A stretch of DNA of 32,000 nucleotides from Halogeometricum borinquense DSM 11551 (GTDB lineage: Archaea; Halobacteriota; Halobacteria; Halobacteriales; Haloferacaceae), in assembly GCF_000172995.2 (NCBI RefSeq), contig NC_014729.1, positions 150,001 to 182,000 on the forward strand, written 5' to 3'. Under the pieces are notes generated by a model, which saw only the letters and a program-made list of their open reading frames with translations, did no database searches and was not told the DNA's origin. Below are positions 1-8,841 of the stretch, piece by piece; position 1 is the stretch's first letter, and each line of letters starts with the position of its first letter. The translations under genes and the position numbers were made by a program.

Positions 1-243
1 ACGATCAAATTCGAAGGCGGGCAGGCCCGTCCGGTCGGCCGCGAGTCCGAGTACGCCGCCTACTCCGAGTCGGCCGCCTCGTTCAACACCGAAACCGTAG
101 ACGGGATCACCCAAGAGGACGCCACCGGCGTCGCCAAGTACCACGGCTTCCAGACGCGCATCGCCAACGCGGCGTTCGAGTCCGCACAGAAGGAAGCGCC
201 CGAACTCGCCACTGACGGCGGCGTGAGCAACGACGGACAGTAA
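1..243 (+). CDS. argG: argininosuccinate synthase, C-terminal fragment (5' end lies outside the window)
   Basis: Frame 1 is open from base 1 to TAA at 241-243. The translation TIKFEGGQARPVGRESEYAAYSESAASFNTETVDGITQEDATGVAKYHGFQTRIANAAFE looks like an ArgG C-terminus. It sits 3 nt upstream of argH. Confidence 0.7.
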   Translation, partial: TIKFEGGQARPVGRESEYAAYSESAASFNTETVDGITQEDATGVAKYHGFQTRIANAAFESAQKEAPELATDGGVSNDGQ

Positions 244-246
244 ACG

Positions 247-1716
247 ATGAACGAGGAGGGAGGAGACGAAGGCGTGGTTCGCCGCGACCGCTTCAGCGGC
301 GGCCCCGCCCGCGGCTTCATGTCGAGCCTTGCGGCTGATGAGCGCATCTTCGCCGCCGACGTGGCGGTTGATCGCGCGCACGTGGTGATGCTTGAAGAGC
401 AGGAAATCGTCGAGTCCGACGTAGCCGCGGAGATTCTGGCCGCCCTCGACGACGTCGAGAGCGAGGGCCACGCCGCACTCCCCGAGGGTGAGGACGTTCA
501 CGAGGCTATCGAAACGGCCGTCGTCGAACAGGTCGGTCCCGACGGCGGGAAGATGCACACTGCACGCAGTCGCAACGACGAAGTGGCGACGTGTATCCGC
601 TACCGCCTGCGCGAAGACCTCCTCGACGCTATCGAGGCGACACTCGCACTCCGCGAGGCTCTCGTTGATGCCGCCGAAGCGGAGGTAGAGACAGTGATGC
701 CGGGCTACACGCACCTGCAACCCGCCCAACCCACCACCGTCGCACACTATCTGCTCTCGTACGAAGCGGCGTTCGCCCGCGACACCGCCCGTCTCCTCGA
801 CGCCTACGACCGGACGAACCAGTCGCCCCTCGGGGCGGCCGCGTTCGCCGGGACGCCGTTCGACATCGACAGAGAGCGGACGGCAGAACTGCTCGGTTTC
901 GACGGCGTCCTCCGCAACTCGATGGATGCCTCGTCGGCGCGCGACTTCCTTCTCGAATCGGTGTCGGCGCTTGCGACGCACGCGACGACACTTTCGGGAT
1001 TAGCGGAGGATTTGGTCATCTTCTCGAACAAGGGGTTCGTGGAGCTATCGGACGACTACGCCTCTACCTCCTCGATCATGCCGCAGAAGGTGAATCCGGA
1101 CACGCTCGAACTCGTCCGTGCAACCGCGGGCGACGCGGCGTCCGGACTCTCCGGACTGCTGACGACGTTGAAGGGACTTCCGCGCGCGTACAACCGCGAC
1201 CTCCAGCGTGCGACGCCGCACGCATGGGATGCAGTCGATTCGGTGTCCGAGGCGACAGCCGTCGTCGCCGGTGCGGTGTCGTCGGCGTCGTGGCCGGAGG
1301 AGACACTTGAGTCGGCCGCAGGCGACGGCTTCTCGACGGCGACGGGCGTCGCCGACGCACTGGCGATGGCCGGACTGCCGTTCCGCACGGCGCACGAAGT
1401 CGTCGCGGCCGCCGCCGAACGCGCCGAGGGGACGCCCGACCTCGCAACACTTGACGCATCCGCGGAAGAGGTATTAGATGCGTCCCTCTTCGAGTATGTG
1501 AGCCGTGCGGACGTACAGCAGACGCTCGACCCAACCCACAGCGTCGAGAGCCGTGACTCCACAGGTGGTCCCGCACCCGCCGCAGTCACAGCGCAACTCG
1601 ACGAAGCGACGGTCGAACTCAACGACCACCGCACGGAACTGAACACACGCACTGACGCGCTCGAATCGGCGACCGAGAAACTAGCGGCGGAAGTAGCGGT
1701 GATTACTCGTGACTGA
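247..1716 (+). CDS. argH: argininosuccinate lyase
   Basis: 489-aa ORF with fumarate-lyase superfamily signatures (TGYTHLQPAQPTT, SSIMPQKVNPD). Adjacent to argG. Confidence 0.93.
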   Translation: MNEEGGDEGVVRRDRFSGGPARGFMSSLAADERIFAADVAVDRAHVVMLEEQEIVESDVAAEILAALDDVESEGHAALPEGEDVHEAIETAVVEQVGPDGGKMHTARSRNDEVATCIRYRLREDLLDAIEATLALREALVDAAEAEVETVMPGYTHLQPAQPTTVAHYLLSYEAAFARDTARLLDAYDRTNQSPLGAAAFAGTPFDIDRERTAELLGFDGVLRNSMDASSARDFLLESVSALATHATTLSGLAEDLVIFSNKGFVELSDDYASTSSIMPQKVNPDTLELVRATAGDAASGLSGLLTTLKGLPRAYNRDLQRATPHAWDAVDSVSEATAVVAGAVSSASWPEETLESAAGDGFSTATGVADALAMAGLPFRTAHEVVAAAAERAEGTPDLATLDASAEEVLDASLFEYVSRADVQQTLDPTHSVESRDSTGGPAPAAVTAQLDEATVELNDHRTELNTRTDALESATEKLAAEVAVITRD

Positions 1717-1885
1717 AACGGATACGACGCAGACCGCCACGCACTGCATCGATCAGACGCCAGTTCGACCAGTCCCGCGACCGCCGCGACGACCGTCCCC
1801 GTCTGGGGACAAATAACATATGAAATCTGATACTGATTTCACACGGCCGGTTTGTTCGACCCAATAAGCACCGTTAGACCCCTCT

Positions 1886-1926
1886 CTGTTTACTTAATTT
1901 ATCTGATAAGTTCGGTGGATTTAAGT
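1886..1926 (+). promoter_or_regulatory. candidate archaeal promoter (AT-rich tract with TATA-like TTTAAG) for the lysW-argF operon
   Basis: In the 235-bp gap after argH there is an AT-rich stretch tttacttaatttatctgataag. It is followed by TTTAAG at 1920-1925, about 28-33 nt upstream of the lysW ATG (1953). That spacing fits a leaderless or very short-leader transcript. Confidence 0.35.
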
Positions 1927-1952
1927 CTCTTCCTCGCCGAGCGGAGAGTACA

Positions 1953-2132
1953 ATGGCAGACACCATTACCGCAGAAGACCCGCTCACTGGCGAAGAAATA
2001 GAGCTCCCCGGAGACGTCGAAGTCGGGGAAATCGTGGATAGTCCCGCCACGGGCGCGGAACTCGAAGTTGTCTCCGTCGATCCCGTGACACTCGAAGAAG
2101 CGCCCGAACTCGAAGAGGACTGGGGCGAGTAA
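1953..2132 (+). CDS. lysW: LysW/ArgW amino-group carrier protein (59 aa, below the ORF-track cutoff)
   Basis: ATG at 1953, TAA at 2130-2132. Translation: MADTITAEDPLTGEEIELPGDVEVGEIVDSPATGAELEVVSVDPVTLEEAPELEEDWGE. It has the hallmark C-terminal EDWGE and the GAELEVV..DP..LE.AP core of LysW. It lies 1 nt upstream of the lysX ATG. Confidence 0.88.
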   Translation: MADTITAEDPLTGEEIELPGDVEVGEIVDSPATGAELEVVSVDPVTLEEAPELEEDWGE

Positions 2133-2133
2133 G

Positions 2134-3009
2134 ATGAAGGTTGGACTGCTCTACTCCCGGATCCGCAGAGACGAGAAGCTCCTCCTCACGGAGCTACGCG
2201 AGCGCGGCCACGAGGTGGCGAAGATAGACGTCCGGAAAGAGCAGTTCAACATCTCGGAACCGCCAGCGGCGTTCGAAGACGTGGACATCGTCCTCGACCG
2301 CTGTCTCGCAACGAGCCGTAGTCTGTATACGACGCGCTTCCTCGACGCCTACGACATCCCTGTCGTCAACTCCGCCGACACGGCTGACGTGTGCGCGGAC
2401 AAGGTGAAAAACAGCCTCGCCTTAGAGCAGGCGGGCGTTCCCACGCCCAACACCGAAGTCGCGTTCACCACCGACAGCGCGATGAAATCCATCAAAAAGT
2501 TCGGCTACCCCTGCGTCGTCAAACCCGTCGTCGGGTCGTGGGGTCGGCTGATGGCGAAGATAGACTCGCCTGCGGCCGCCGAAGCCATTCTCGAACACAA
2601 GGCGACGCTCGGCCACTACCAGCACAAAGTGTTCTACGTGCAGGAGTTCGTGAAGAAACCCGGCCGTGACATCCGCGTCCTCGCGGTGGACGGCGAACCC
2701 ATCGCGGCGATGACTCGCTCTTCGGACCACTGGCTGACGAACGCCGCGAAAGGCGCGGACGCGGAAGCGTTCGAACTCGATGACCGCGCGAAAGAACTCG
2801 TACAGAAGGCGTCCGACGCCGTCGGCGGCGGACTGCTCGGCGTGGACCTCATGGAGACGGGAGACGATTATACCGTCCACGAGGTCAACCACACCGTCGA
2901 GTTCAAAGCGCTGAACAACGCCGTCGAGAAGGACGTTCCCGCGGCAGTGGTCGATTGGCTCGAAACGAAAGCGAACGGCGACGCGAAAGTTGCAGAGGCG
3001 ACGGCATGA
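2134..3009 (+). CDS. lysX: RimK-type ATP-grasp ligase LysX/ArgX (glutamate--LysW ligase)
   Basis: 291-aa ORF with ATP-grasp features (PCVVKP..GSWGR, VQEFV, GVDLME..DDYTVHEVN). Directly follows lysW. Confidence 0.88.
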   Translation: MKVGLLYSRIRRDEKLLLTELRERGHEVAKIDVRKEQFNISEPPAAFEDVDIVLDRCLATSRSLYTTRFLDAYDIPVVNSADTADVCADKVKNSLALEQAGVPTPNTEVAFTTDSAMKSIKKFGYPCVVKPVVGSWGRLMAKIDSPAAAEAILEHKATLGHYQHKVFYVQEFVKKPGRDIRVLAVDGEPIAAMTRSSDHWLTNAAKGADAEAFELDDRAKELVQKASDAVGGGLLGVDLMETGDDYTVHEVNHTVEFKALNNAVEKDVPAAVVDWLETKANGDAKVAEATA

Positions 3010-4064
3010 AGAGAGAAACGACTGAAAGCGAGTACACCGCCGCCGTCGTCGGCGGAACCGGCTTCACGGGCGGCGAACTGCTCCGCCTGCTCTACCAGCA
3101 CCCCAATTTCGATGTCGTACAGGCGACCAGTCGCTCGAAAGAGCGCAAAACCGTCGGCCACGTCCACCCGAACCTGCGCGAGATGGACCTGCGCTTTACC
3201 TCGCCGGAAGATCTCGAATCCGTGGACGTGCTGTTTGCGGCGACGCCGCACGGCGTCTCGATGGAACACATCGACGCGTTCCAAGACGCCGCGGATACGG
3301 TCGTTGACCTCTCGGCCGACTTCCGACTGAATACGGAAGCACAGTACGACGAGTGGTACGACGGGCACGTCTGCCCCGAATATCTGGAGCAAGCCGAGTA
3401 CGCACTGCCCGAGATAAACCGCGAGAACCTCGCGGGAGCGGACCTCATCGCCTCCGGCGGGTGCAACGCGACGGCGACTATCCTCGGTCTCAAGCCCCTG
3501 TTCGACGCCGACGTTCTCTCCGGCGACGAGCAGGTGGTCGTGGACGTGAAAGTTGGCTCCTCGGAAGGTGGCGCTGGCGGCGGCGACGCCTCCAGTCACC
3601 CCGAGCGCTCGGGCATCGTTCGCCCGTACGCGCCCACCGGCCACCGCCACGAGGCCGAAATCGAGCAGTTCCTCGGCGTCTCCGTCTCCTTCACCGTCCA
3701 TGCCGTGGACATGGTCCGCGGCGCGAGTGCGACCTGCCACGTCTTCCCCGAATCGCCCGTCTCGAAGGGCGACCTGTGGAAGGCCTACCGGGGAACCTAC
3801 GCCGACGAACCGTTCGTCCGCACTGTCGCGGGCGGCGGCGGCGTCTACCGCTATCCCGAACCGAAGTCCGTGGCCGGAACGAACATGGCCGAAGTCGGCT
3901 TCGAACTCGACCCCTCGAACCGGCGCGTCGTCGTCTTCTCGGCCATCGACAACATGATGAAAGGCTCCGCCGGGCAGGCGGTCCACGCCGCGAACGTCGC
4001 CCTCGGGGTAGAGGAGACAGCAGGGCTGGAGTTCACCGGTCTGCACCCGGTCGGAGCGCCCTGA
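3006..4064 (+). CDS. argC: N-acetyl-gamma-glutamyl-phosphate reductase family (ArgC/LysY; here LysW-glutamyl-phosphate reductase)
   Basis: The ORF-track entry 2955..4064 contains an internal ATG at 3006 that overlaps the lysX stop (ATGA). From there the N-terminus has the Rossmann motif VVGGTGFTGGELLRLL. It also has the active-site region SGGCNATA and the C-terminal DNMMKGSAGQAV. Confidence 0.9.
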   Translation: MKRETTESEYTAAVVGGTGFTGGELLRLLYQHPNFDVVQATSRSKERKTVGHVHPNLREMDLRFTSPEDLESVDVLFAATPHGVSMEHIDAFQDAADTVVDLSADFRLNTEAQYDEWYDGHVCPEYLEQAEYALPEINRENLAGADLIASGGCNATATILGLKPLFDADVLSGDEQVVVDVKVGSSEGGAGGGDASSHPERSGIVRPYAPTGHRHEAEIEQFLGVSVSFTVHAVDMVRGASATCHVFPESPVSKGDLWKAYRGTYADEPFVRTVAGGGGVYRYPEPKSVAGTNMAEVGFELDPSNRRVVVFSAIDNMMKGSAGQAVHAANVALGVEETAGLEFTGLHPVGAP

Positions 4065-4138
4065 ATCGACTGCCCACGCGAAGAAAAACCCGCTCGACAA
4101 CACCGCACCACCACCTCACTATCAGTTTCACACAACCG

Positions 4139-5116
4139 ATGACACACTACACCCGTGACGAACTTGCCGCGTTACACGACGAACTGGCCGACAACGAACC
4201 CACGCTCTGCGCCGACGGCGGCACTGTCCCGGCGGACGACCCGCCGGTCGTCGTCAAAGTCGGCGGCGCACGAGCAGTGGACCCGGCCGGTGCCGTCCAA
4301 GACGTTGCACACCTCGTCGCTAACGGCCGCGACGTGGTCGTTGTCCACGGCGGTTCGACCGCGGTAGACGACACGCTGGAAGAACTCGGGGAGGAACCCA
4401 CCTACGTCGAGACGCCGTCGGGCGTTGTCGGGCGCTTCACCGACGAGCGCACCATGGAAGTGTTCTCGATGGTGATGCCCGGCAAACTCAACACCGACTT
4501 GGTGACGACGCTCCGCGAAGCGGGTGTTGACGCCCTCGGTCTCTCGGGCGTTGACGGTGGTCTACTCACCGGACCCCGTAAATCCGCGGTGCGCGTCGTC
4601 GAAGACGGGAAAAAGAAGATCAAACGCGGCGATCACTCCGGGAGGATCACCAACGTGAACGCCGATCTGCTGGAGACGCTCATGGCAGACACCTACGTCC
4701 CCGTGGTCACCGTGCCGATGCTGGCCGACGACGGTGTCGCGGTCAACGCCGACGCGGATCGTGCGGCGGCAGCCGTCGCGGGCGCACTCGGTGCGGAACT
4801 CGTCGTCCTCACGGACGTATCGGGCGTCTACGAGGACCCCGACGACGACTCGACACTCATCGAATCGGTGACGACGGCCGACGAGTTCGAGGCGCTCGAA
4901 TCCGCCGCTGAGGGGTTCATGACGAAGAAGGTCATGGCCGCAAAGGAGGCGCTGACCGGTGGCGCGATGAAGGTTATTGTCGCTGACGCCAACGTGAACG
5001 ACCCCATTATAGAGGCACTCCACGGCGGCGGGACGCACGTGGACGCCGCCGCAGTCGGCGGGGCCGACAACAAGACTGACGACAGTGACGCCGACGCCGA
5101 GGAGGTGGACGCATGA
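4139..5116 (+). CDS. argB: acetylglutamate kinase family (ArgB/LysZ)
   Basis: The track ORF 3353..5116 is an R/P-rich read-through. The plausible start is ATG 4139 (MTHYTRDELAALHDE...). Amino-acid kinase motifs are present: VVKVGGA and VVVHGG. Confidence 0.85.
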   Translation: MTHYTRDELAALHDELADNEPTLCADGGTVPADDPPVVVKVGGARAVDPAGAVQDVAHLVANGRDVVVVHGGSTAVDDTLEELGEEPTYVETPSGVVGRFTDERTMEVFSMVMPGKLNTDLVTTLREAGVDALGLSGVDGGLLTGPRKSAVRVVEDGKKKIKRGDHSGRITNVNADLLETLMADTYVPVVTVPMLADDGVAVNADADRAAAAVAGALGAELVVLTDVSGVYEDPDDDSTLIESVTTADEFEALESAAEGFMTKKVMAAKEALTGGAMKVIVADANVNDPIIEALHGGGTHVDAAAVGGADNKTDDSDADAEEVDA

Positions 5117-6249
5117 GCGGATTCGTCTTCAACGAGAAGCCGATCAATATCGAATCCGGCGAAGGTGCGTACCTGTACGGCTCTGACGGCACAGAATATC
5201 TCGACTTCGGCGCGTCGTACGCCGTCGCTGCACTCGGCCACGCCCATCCCGCCGTCACCGACGCCGTGCAGAAGCAAGCGGAGAAACTGACGTACGTGCA
5301 GGCGTCGTACCCTGTAGACGTTCGCACCGAACTGTACGAGAAACTGGCCGCCGTCGCGCCCGACGGACTGGAGAACGTCTGGCTCTGCAACTCGGGGACG
5401 GAAGCGAACGAGGCGGCGATGAAGTTCGCTCGTTCAGCGACGGATCGTTCGAAGATCATCGCCACCAAACGCGGCTTCCACGGCCGGACGATGGGTGCGC
5501 TGGCGATGACGTGGAAAGACAAGTACAAGAAGCCGTTCGAACCCCTCGCTGGCGATGTCGAGTTCGTCACCTACGGCGACGAGGCGGAGTTGGCCGAAGC
5601 GATAGACGAGGAGACGGCCGCCGTCTTCCTCGAACCCGTGCAGGGCGAGGGGGGGATCCATCCCGCCGGGACAGAGTATCTACAGACGGCCCGTAAGCTG
5701 ACAGAAGAAGCGGGCGCGGCGCTCGCGTTTGACGAGATTCAGACCGGAATCGGCCGGACGGGGACGCTGTGGGCTTGCGAAGGTGCGGGTGTCACCCCTG
5801 ACATCCTCACCTCGGCGAAAGGCATCGCAAACGGTCTCCCGCTCGGGGCGACGCTGGTCGCAGACTGGATCGCCGAGAACCCCGGAAACCACGGTTCGAC
5901 GTTCAGCGGCGGTCCCGTCGTCTGCGCGGCGGCGAACGCAACCCTCGATACCATTGTCGAAGAGGACTACCCGAGTCACGCCGCGGCCGTCGGCGAGTAT
6001 CTGAAGGCCGAACTGGAGGCGGCCGCCGAGGAACACGACCTGCCCGTGCGCGACGTGCGCGGACAGGGACTCATGCTCGGCGTACAGGTGAAACGCGGTG
6101 CGAATCGCGTGCTGAAGAACCTCGCTATCAGCGAGCAGGTGTTGGCGCTTCCGGCCGGACGGACCGTCGTCCGTCTGTTACCGCCGCTCGTCGTCACCGA
6201 AGGCCACGCCGACGAGTTCGTCGAGTCGTTCGTGGAGGTGACGAAATGA
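5113..6249 (+). CDS. argD: acetylornithine/LysW-linked aminotransferase (class III PLP)
   Basis: 378 aa. Class-III aminotransferase motifs: LCNSGTEANE, FDEIQTGIGRTG, and TSAKG with the PLP lysine. The start overlaps the argB stop (ATGA). Confidence 0.9.
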   Translation: MSGFVFNEKPINIESGEGAYLYGSDGTEYLDFGASYAVAALGHAHPAVTDAVQKQAEKLTYVQASYPVDVRTELYEKLAAVAPDGLENVWLCNSGTEANEAAMKFARSATDRSKIIATKRGFHGRTMGALAMTWKDKYKKPFEPLAGDVEFVTYGDEAELAEAIDEETAAVFLEPVQGEGGIHPAGTEYLQTARKLTEEAGAALAFDEIQTGIGRTGTLWACEGAGVTPDILTSAKGIANGLPLGATLVADWIAENPGNHGSTFSGGPVVCAAANATLDTIVEEDYPSHAAAVGEYLKAELEAAAEEHDLPVRDVRGQGLMLGVQVKRGANRVLKNLAISEQVLALPAGRTVVRLLPPLVVTEGHADEFVESFVEVTK

Positions 6250-7319
6250 GCGCCGAACTCGATGACGAAGCGTTCGACGTGCAGACGGACCTCACCGACG
6301 GACTCGACGAGGCGCAGGCCCTGCTTGCTGATCTGGTCTCGATACCATCCGTGTCCGGTGACGAATCTGCCGCCGCGGAGCGTCTGAAATCGTTCTTCGA
6401 GACGCACGACCGCGAGGTGTGGATCGACGAGGTGGGAAACGTCCGCGCGCCCGCCGACGACTCGGTGCTTTTGACCTCGCACATCGACACCGTTCCCGGT
6501 GAAGTTCCCGTCAAAATAGAAGACGGCGTGCTGTGGGGCCGCGGCAGCGTTGACGCCACCGGACCCCTCGCAGCGATGGCTGTCGCCGCCGTCGAGACCG
6601 GCGTCTCCTTCGTCGGCGTCGTCGAGGAGGAGACGAGTTCGACGGGCGCGTGGCACTTGCTCGAAGACCGCGAGGAACCCGATGCAGTAATCAACGGCGA
6701 ACCGTCCGGCTGGGACGGGATCACGCTCGGCTATCGCGGGTTCCTCTCGGGGACGTACGTGGCCACGAGCGAACTCGGCCATTCATCGCGCCCGGAGAAC
6801 AACGCCATCCAGTCGGCCGTCGATTGGTGGTCGCGCGTCGCCGACTTCTTCGAGGCGGAAGACGAAGATGGCGTCTTTGATACGGTGACGACGAAACCAG
6901 TGAACTTCGAGGGCGGGCCGACCGAGGACGGACTGGCGGTCGAAGCGACCGTAGACGTGCAGTTCCGCGTGCCGCCCCACCTCACCATCGAAGATATCCA
7001 AGAAGTCGCCGAGGGAGAACTCGTCGAGGGAAGCGTTCACTGGGAAAAGCCCATCCCGCCCGTTATGACAAGCCCGCGGACGGAAGTCGCGCGGGCGTTC
7101 CGCGTCGCCATCAGAAACGCCGACGGCGACCCGCGACTCCTGCGGAAGACCGGCACCAGCGACATGAACATCTTCGCCAGCGAGTGGAACTGCCCGATGG
7201 CGACGTACGGTCCGGGTGACTCGGACCTCGACCACGCGCCGAACGAACATCTCGATTTGGCCGAGTACGACGCCGCCATCGAGGTGCTGACCAACGTCTG
7301 CGAAACGCTCACGGAGTGA
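6246..7319 (+). CDS. argE: M20-family deacylase ArgE/LysK (LysW-ornithine hydrolase)
   Basis: 357 aa. Peptidase M20 features: SHIDTVP, GRGSVDATG, EEETSS. The start overlaps the argD stop. Confidence 0.85.
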   Translation: MSAELDDEAFDVQTDLTDGLDEAQALLADLVSIPSVSGDESAAAERLKSFFETHDREVWIDEVGNVRAPADDSVLLTSHIDTVPGEVPVKIEDGVLWGRGSVDATGPLAAMAVAAVETGVSFVGVVEEETSSTGAWHLLEDREEPDAVINGEPSGWDGITLGYRGFLSGTYVATSELGHSSRPENNAIQSAVDWWSRVADFFEAEDEDGVFDTVTTKPVNFEGGPTEDGLAVEATVDVQFRVPPHLTIEDIQEVAEGELVEGSVHWEKPIPPVMTSPRTEVARAFRVAIRNADGDPRLLRKTGTSDMNIFASEWNCPMATYGPGDSDLDHAPNEHLDLAEYDAAIEVLTNVCETLTE

Positions 7320-7324
7320 GAGGA

Positions 7325-8224
7325 ATGCTTGAAACGACACACTTTCTCGACATCGACGACTTGACGACGACCGAACTGCACCACGTGTTAGACCGCGCCG
7401 CCGCCATCAAGGCCGGCAAGGAGGACCCGCGACTCGAAGACCAGACGCTCGGCATGCTGTTCGAGAAGCCGAGTACGCGCACGCGGATTTCCTTCGAGAC
7501 GGGGATGACGCAGTTAGGCGGTCACGCCATCTTCCTCGGGCCCGAAGACATCCAGCTCGGCCACGGCGAACCCCTCTCGGACACCTCGCGCGTTCTCTCG
7601 CGTTACGTGGACGTAGTGATGGCTCGTCTGTTCGACCACGAGGACTTGGTGGAGATAGCCGACTACGCCGACGTGCCCGTCGTCAACGGCCTGACCGACG
7701 ATGCGCATCCGTGCCAGACGCTCGCGGACCTGCTCACGATACGGGAGGCGTTCGGCGGATTCGAGGACGTGCAGGCGGCGTGGGTCGGCGACGGCAACAA
7801 CGTCGGCCAGTCGTTCGTCCTCGGATGTGCGATGGCGGGACTGGACCTCACCGTCGCCACGCCTGAGGAGTACGGGATCGACGAGGAAGTGCTGGCCCAC
7901 GCCGCCGAGTACGGTGGCGAACCGACTATCGCAGAGACGCCCGCACAGGCAGTCGCCGACGCCGACGTGGTGTACACCGACGTGTGGATTTCGATGGGAC
8001 AAGAGGACGAACGCGACGAGAAAATCGCCGCCTTCGAGGGCTATCAAGTGAACGAGGGCCTGCTGGCGGAGACGGACGCGGAGGTGATGCACTGTCTGCC
8101 CGCCCACCGCGGTGAGGAGATCAGTCACGACGTGCTCGAATCGGACCGCGCGCTGGTCTGGGATCAAGCCGAGAACCGCCTGCACGCACAGAAGGGGCTG
8201 CTGGTCGAACTGTTGAATAAGTAG
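7325..8224 (+). CDS. argF: ornithine carbamoyltransferase
   Basis: Carbamoyl-phosphate site STRTR, HPCQ, and HCLPAHRGEE. The track start 7316 is GTG. ATG at 7325 (MLETTHFLDIDDL) looks like the usual N-terminus. Confidence 0.92.
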   Translation: MLETTHFLDIDDLTTTELHHVLDRAAAIKAGKEDPRLEDQTLGMLFEKPSTRTRISFETGMTQLGGHAIFLGPEDIQLGHGEPLSDTSRVLSRYVDVVMARLFDHEDLVEIADYADVPVVNGLTDDAHPCQTLADLLTIREAFGGFEDVQAAWVGDGNNVGQSFVLGCAMAGLDLTVATPEEYGIDEEVLAHAAEYGGEPTIAETPAQAVADADVVYTDVWISMGQEDERDEKIAAFEGYQVNEGLLAETDAEVMHCLPAHRGEEISHDVLESDRALVWDQAENRLHAQKGLLVELLNK

Positions 8225-8230
8225 GCGAGG

Positions 8231-8240
8231 TTGATTTTTA
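8231..8240 (+). terminator. candidate oligo-T archaeal terminator after argF
   Basis: ttgattttta with a T5 run at 8235-8239, 11 nt after the argF stop. The next gene is convergent. Confidence 0.35.
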
Positions 8241-8263
8241 TAGCGAGTCGAGAAGGGGCGGCT

Positions 8264-8725
8264 TCAGAACCGGTCGCGAACCGCGGAATACGCCACACCC
8301 ACCACACCGCCATAGACGACGTGCCCGACGAGACTCGTCACGTTCACGTTCGGAAGCGGCGGGTTCGCCGGAGAGCCGACGACAGAGAGCCAAACAGGCA
8401 TGACGAAGACGGCTAGCACCGCCCAGAGGGCGACGCCGTAGGCGACACCGAGTCCGAGACTCTGACCCGTCGAAAGGTTCCGTGTGGCCGCAACAGCCGC
8501 GAATACGACACCGAGAATCGCCCCGTGTGCAACGTGGATAGTGAACCCCGCAAGACCGCCGCTGAAGAAGTACATCGACGGAATCGCCACTTCGAGAGCG
8601 GACCGCATCTGCACCACCATCATCGCGCCCATCACGATTCCGCCGATAATCCCGGCGAGGACGCCCGCCTGCCAGTCATCGTTCGAAGTCGATTCAACCG
8701 TCTGCATGGTTGCCTCCGTTGCCAT
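8264..8725 (-). CDS. small multi-pass membrane protein, tandem paralog A (function unknown)
   Basis: The track ORF 8264..8965 has an R/P-rich N-terminal extension that would overlap the next gene. The internal ATG at 8725 gives 153 aa (MATEATMQTVESTSNDDWQAGV...) with about 4 hydrophobic segments. It aligns clearly with the neighbouring gene: WQAGV, AIPSMY, SGG.AG..IH..HGA.LGVVF, VFVMP.WLS.VG, SLVGHV.YG. Confidence 0.7.
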   Translation of the reverse strand: MATEATMQTVESTSNDDWQAGVLAGIIGGIVMGAMMVVQMRSALEVAIPSMYFFSGGLAGFTIHVAHGAILGVVFAAVAATRNLSTGQSLGLGVAYGVALWAVLAVFVMPVWLSVVGSPANPPLPNVNVTSLVGHVVYGGVVGVAYSAVRDRF

Positions 8726-8841
8726 GACTGAGCATAGCCCCATACGATGAGATAACGGCATCTCGGACAGGTGTGGCCGCCGCACGACGGGGATACCTTT
8801 AGGTAGATAGTGAGAACAACAGTCCGAGTTAGAAAAGAGCG

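Noticed and set aside
2868-4103. 411-aa minus-strand ORF antisense to argC. Other long antisense ORFs are similar, e.g. 5976..6782(-), 9379..10362(-), 13347..14138(+), 19801..20475(+), 22522..23373(+), 24025..24825(+), 26030..27259(+), 28487..29335(-).
   Set aside because: These are shadow ORFs, which are expected in high-GC DNA. Their translations are R/G/P/V-rich and basic, unlike the acidic proteins on the opposite strand, and the opposite-strand genes carry clear family motifs.
3353-4138. N-terminal 262-aa extension of the argB ORF (track entry 3353..5116).
   Set aside because: The extension is an R/P-rich out-of-frame read through argC. A recognisable ArgB N-terminus starts at ATG 4139, after a 74-bp intergenic gap.
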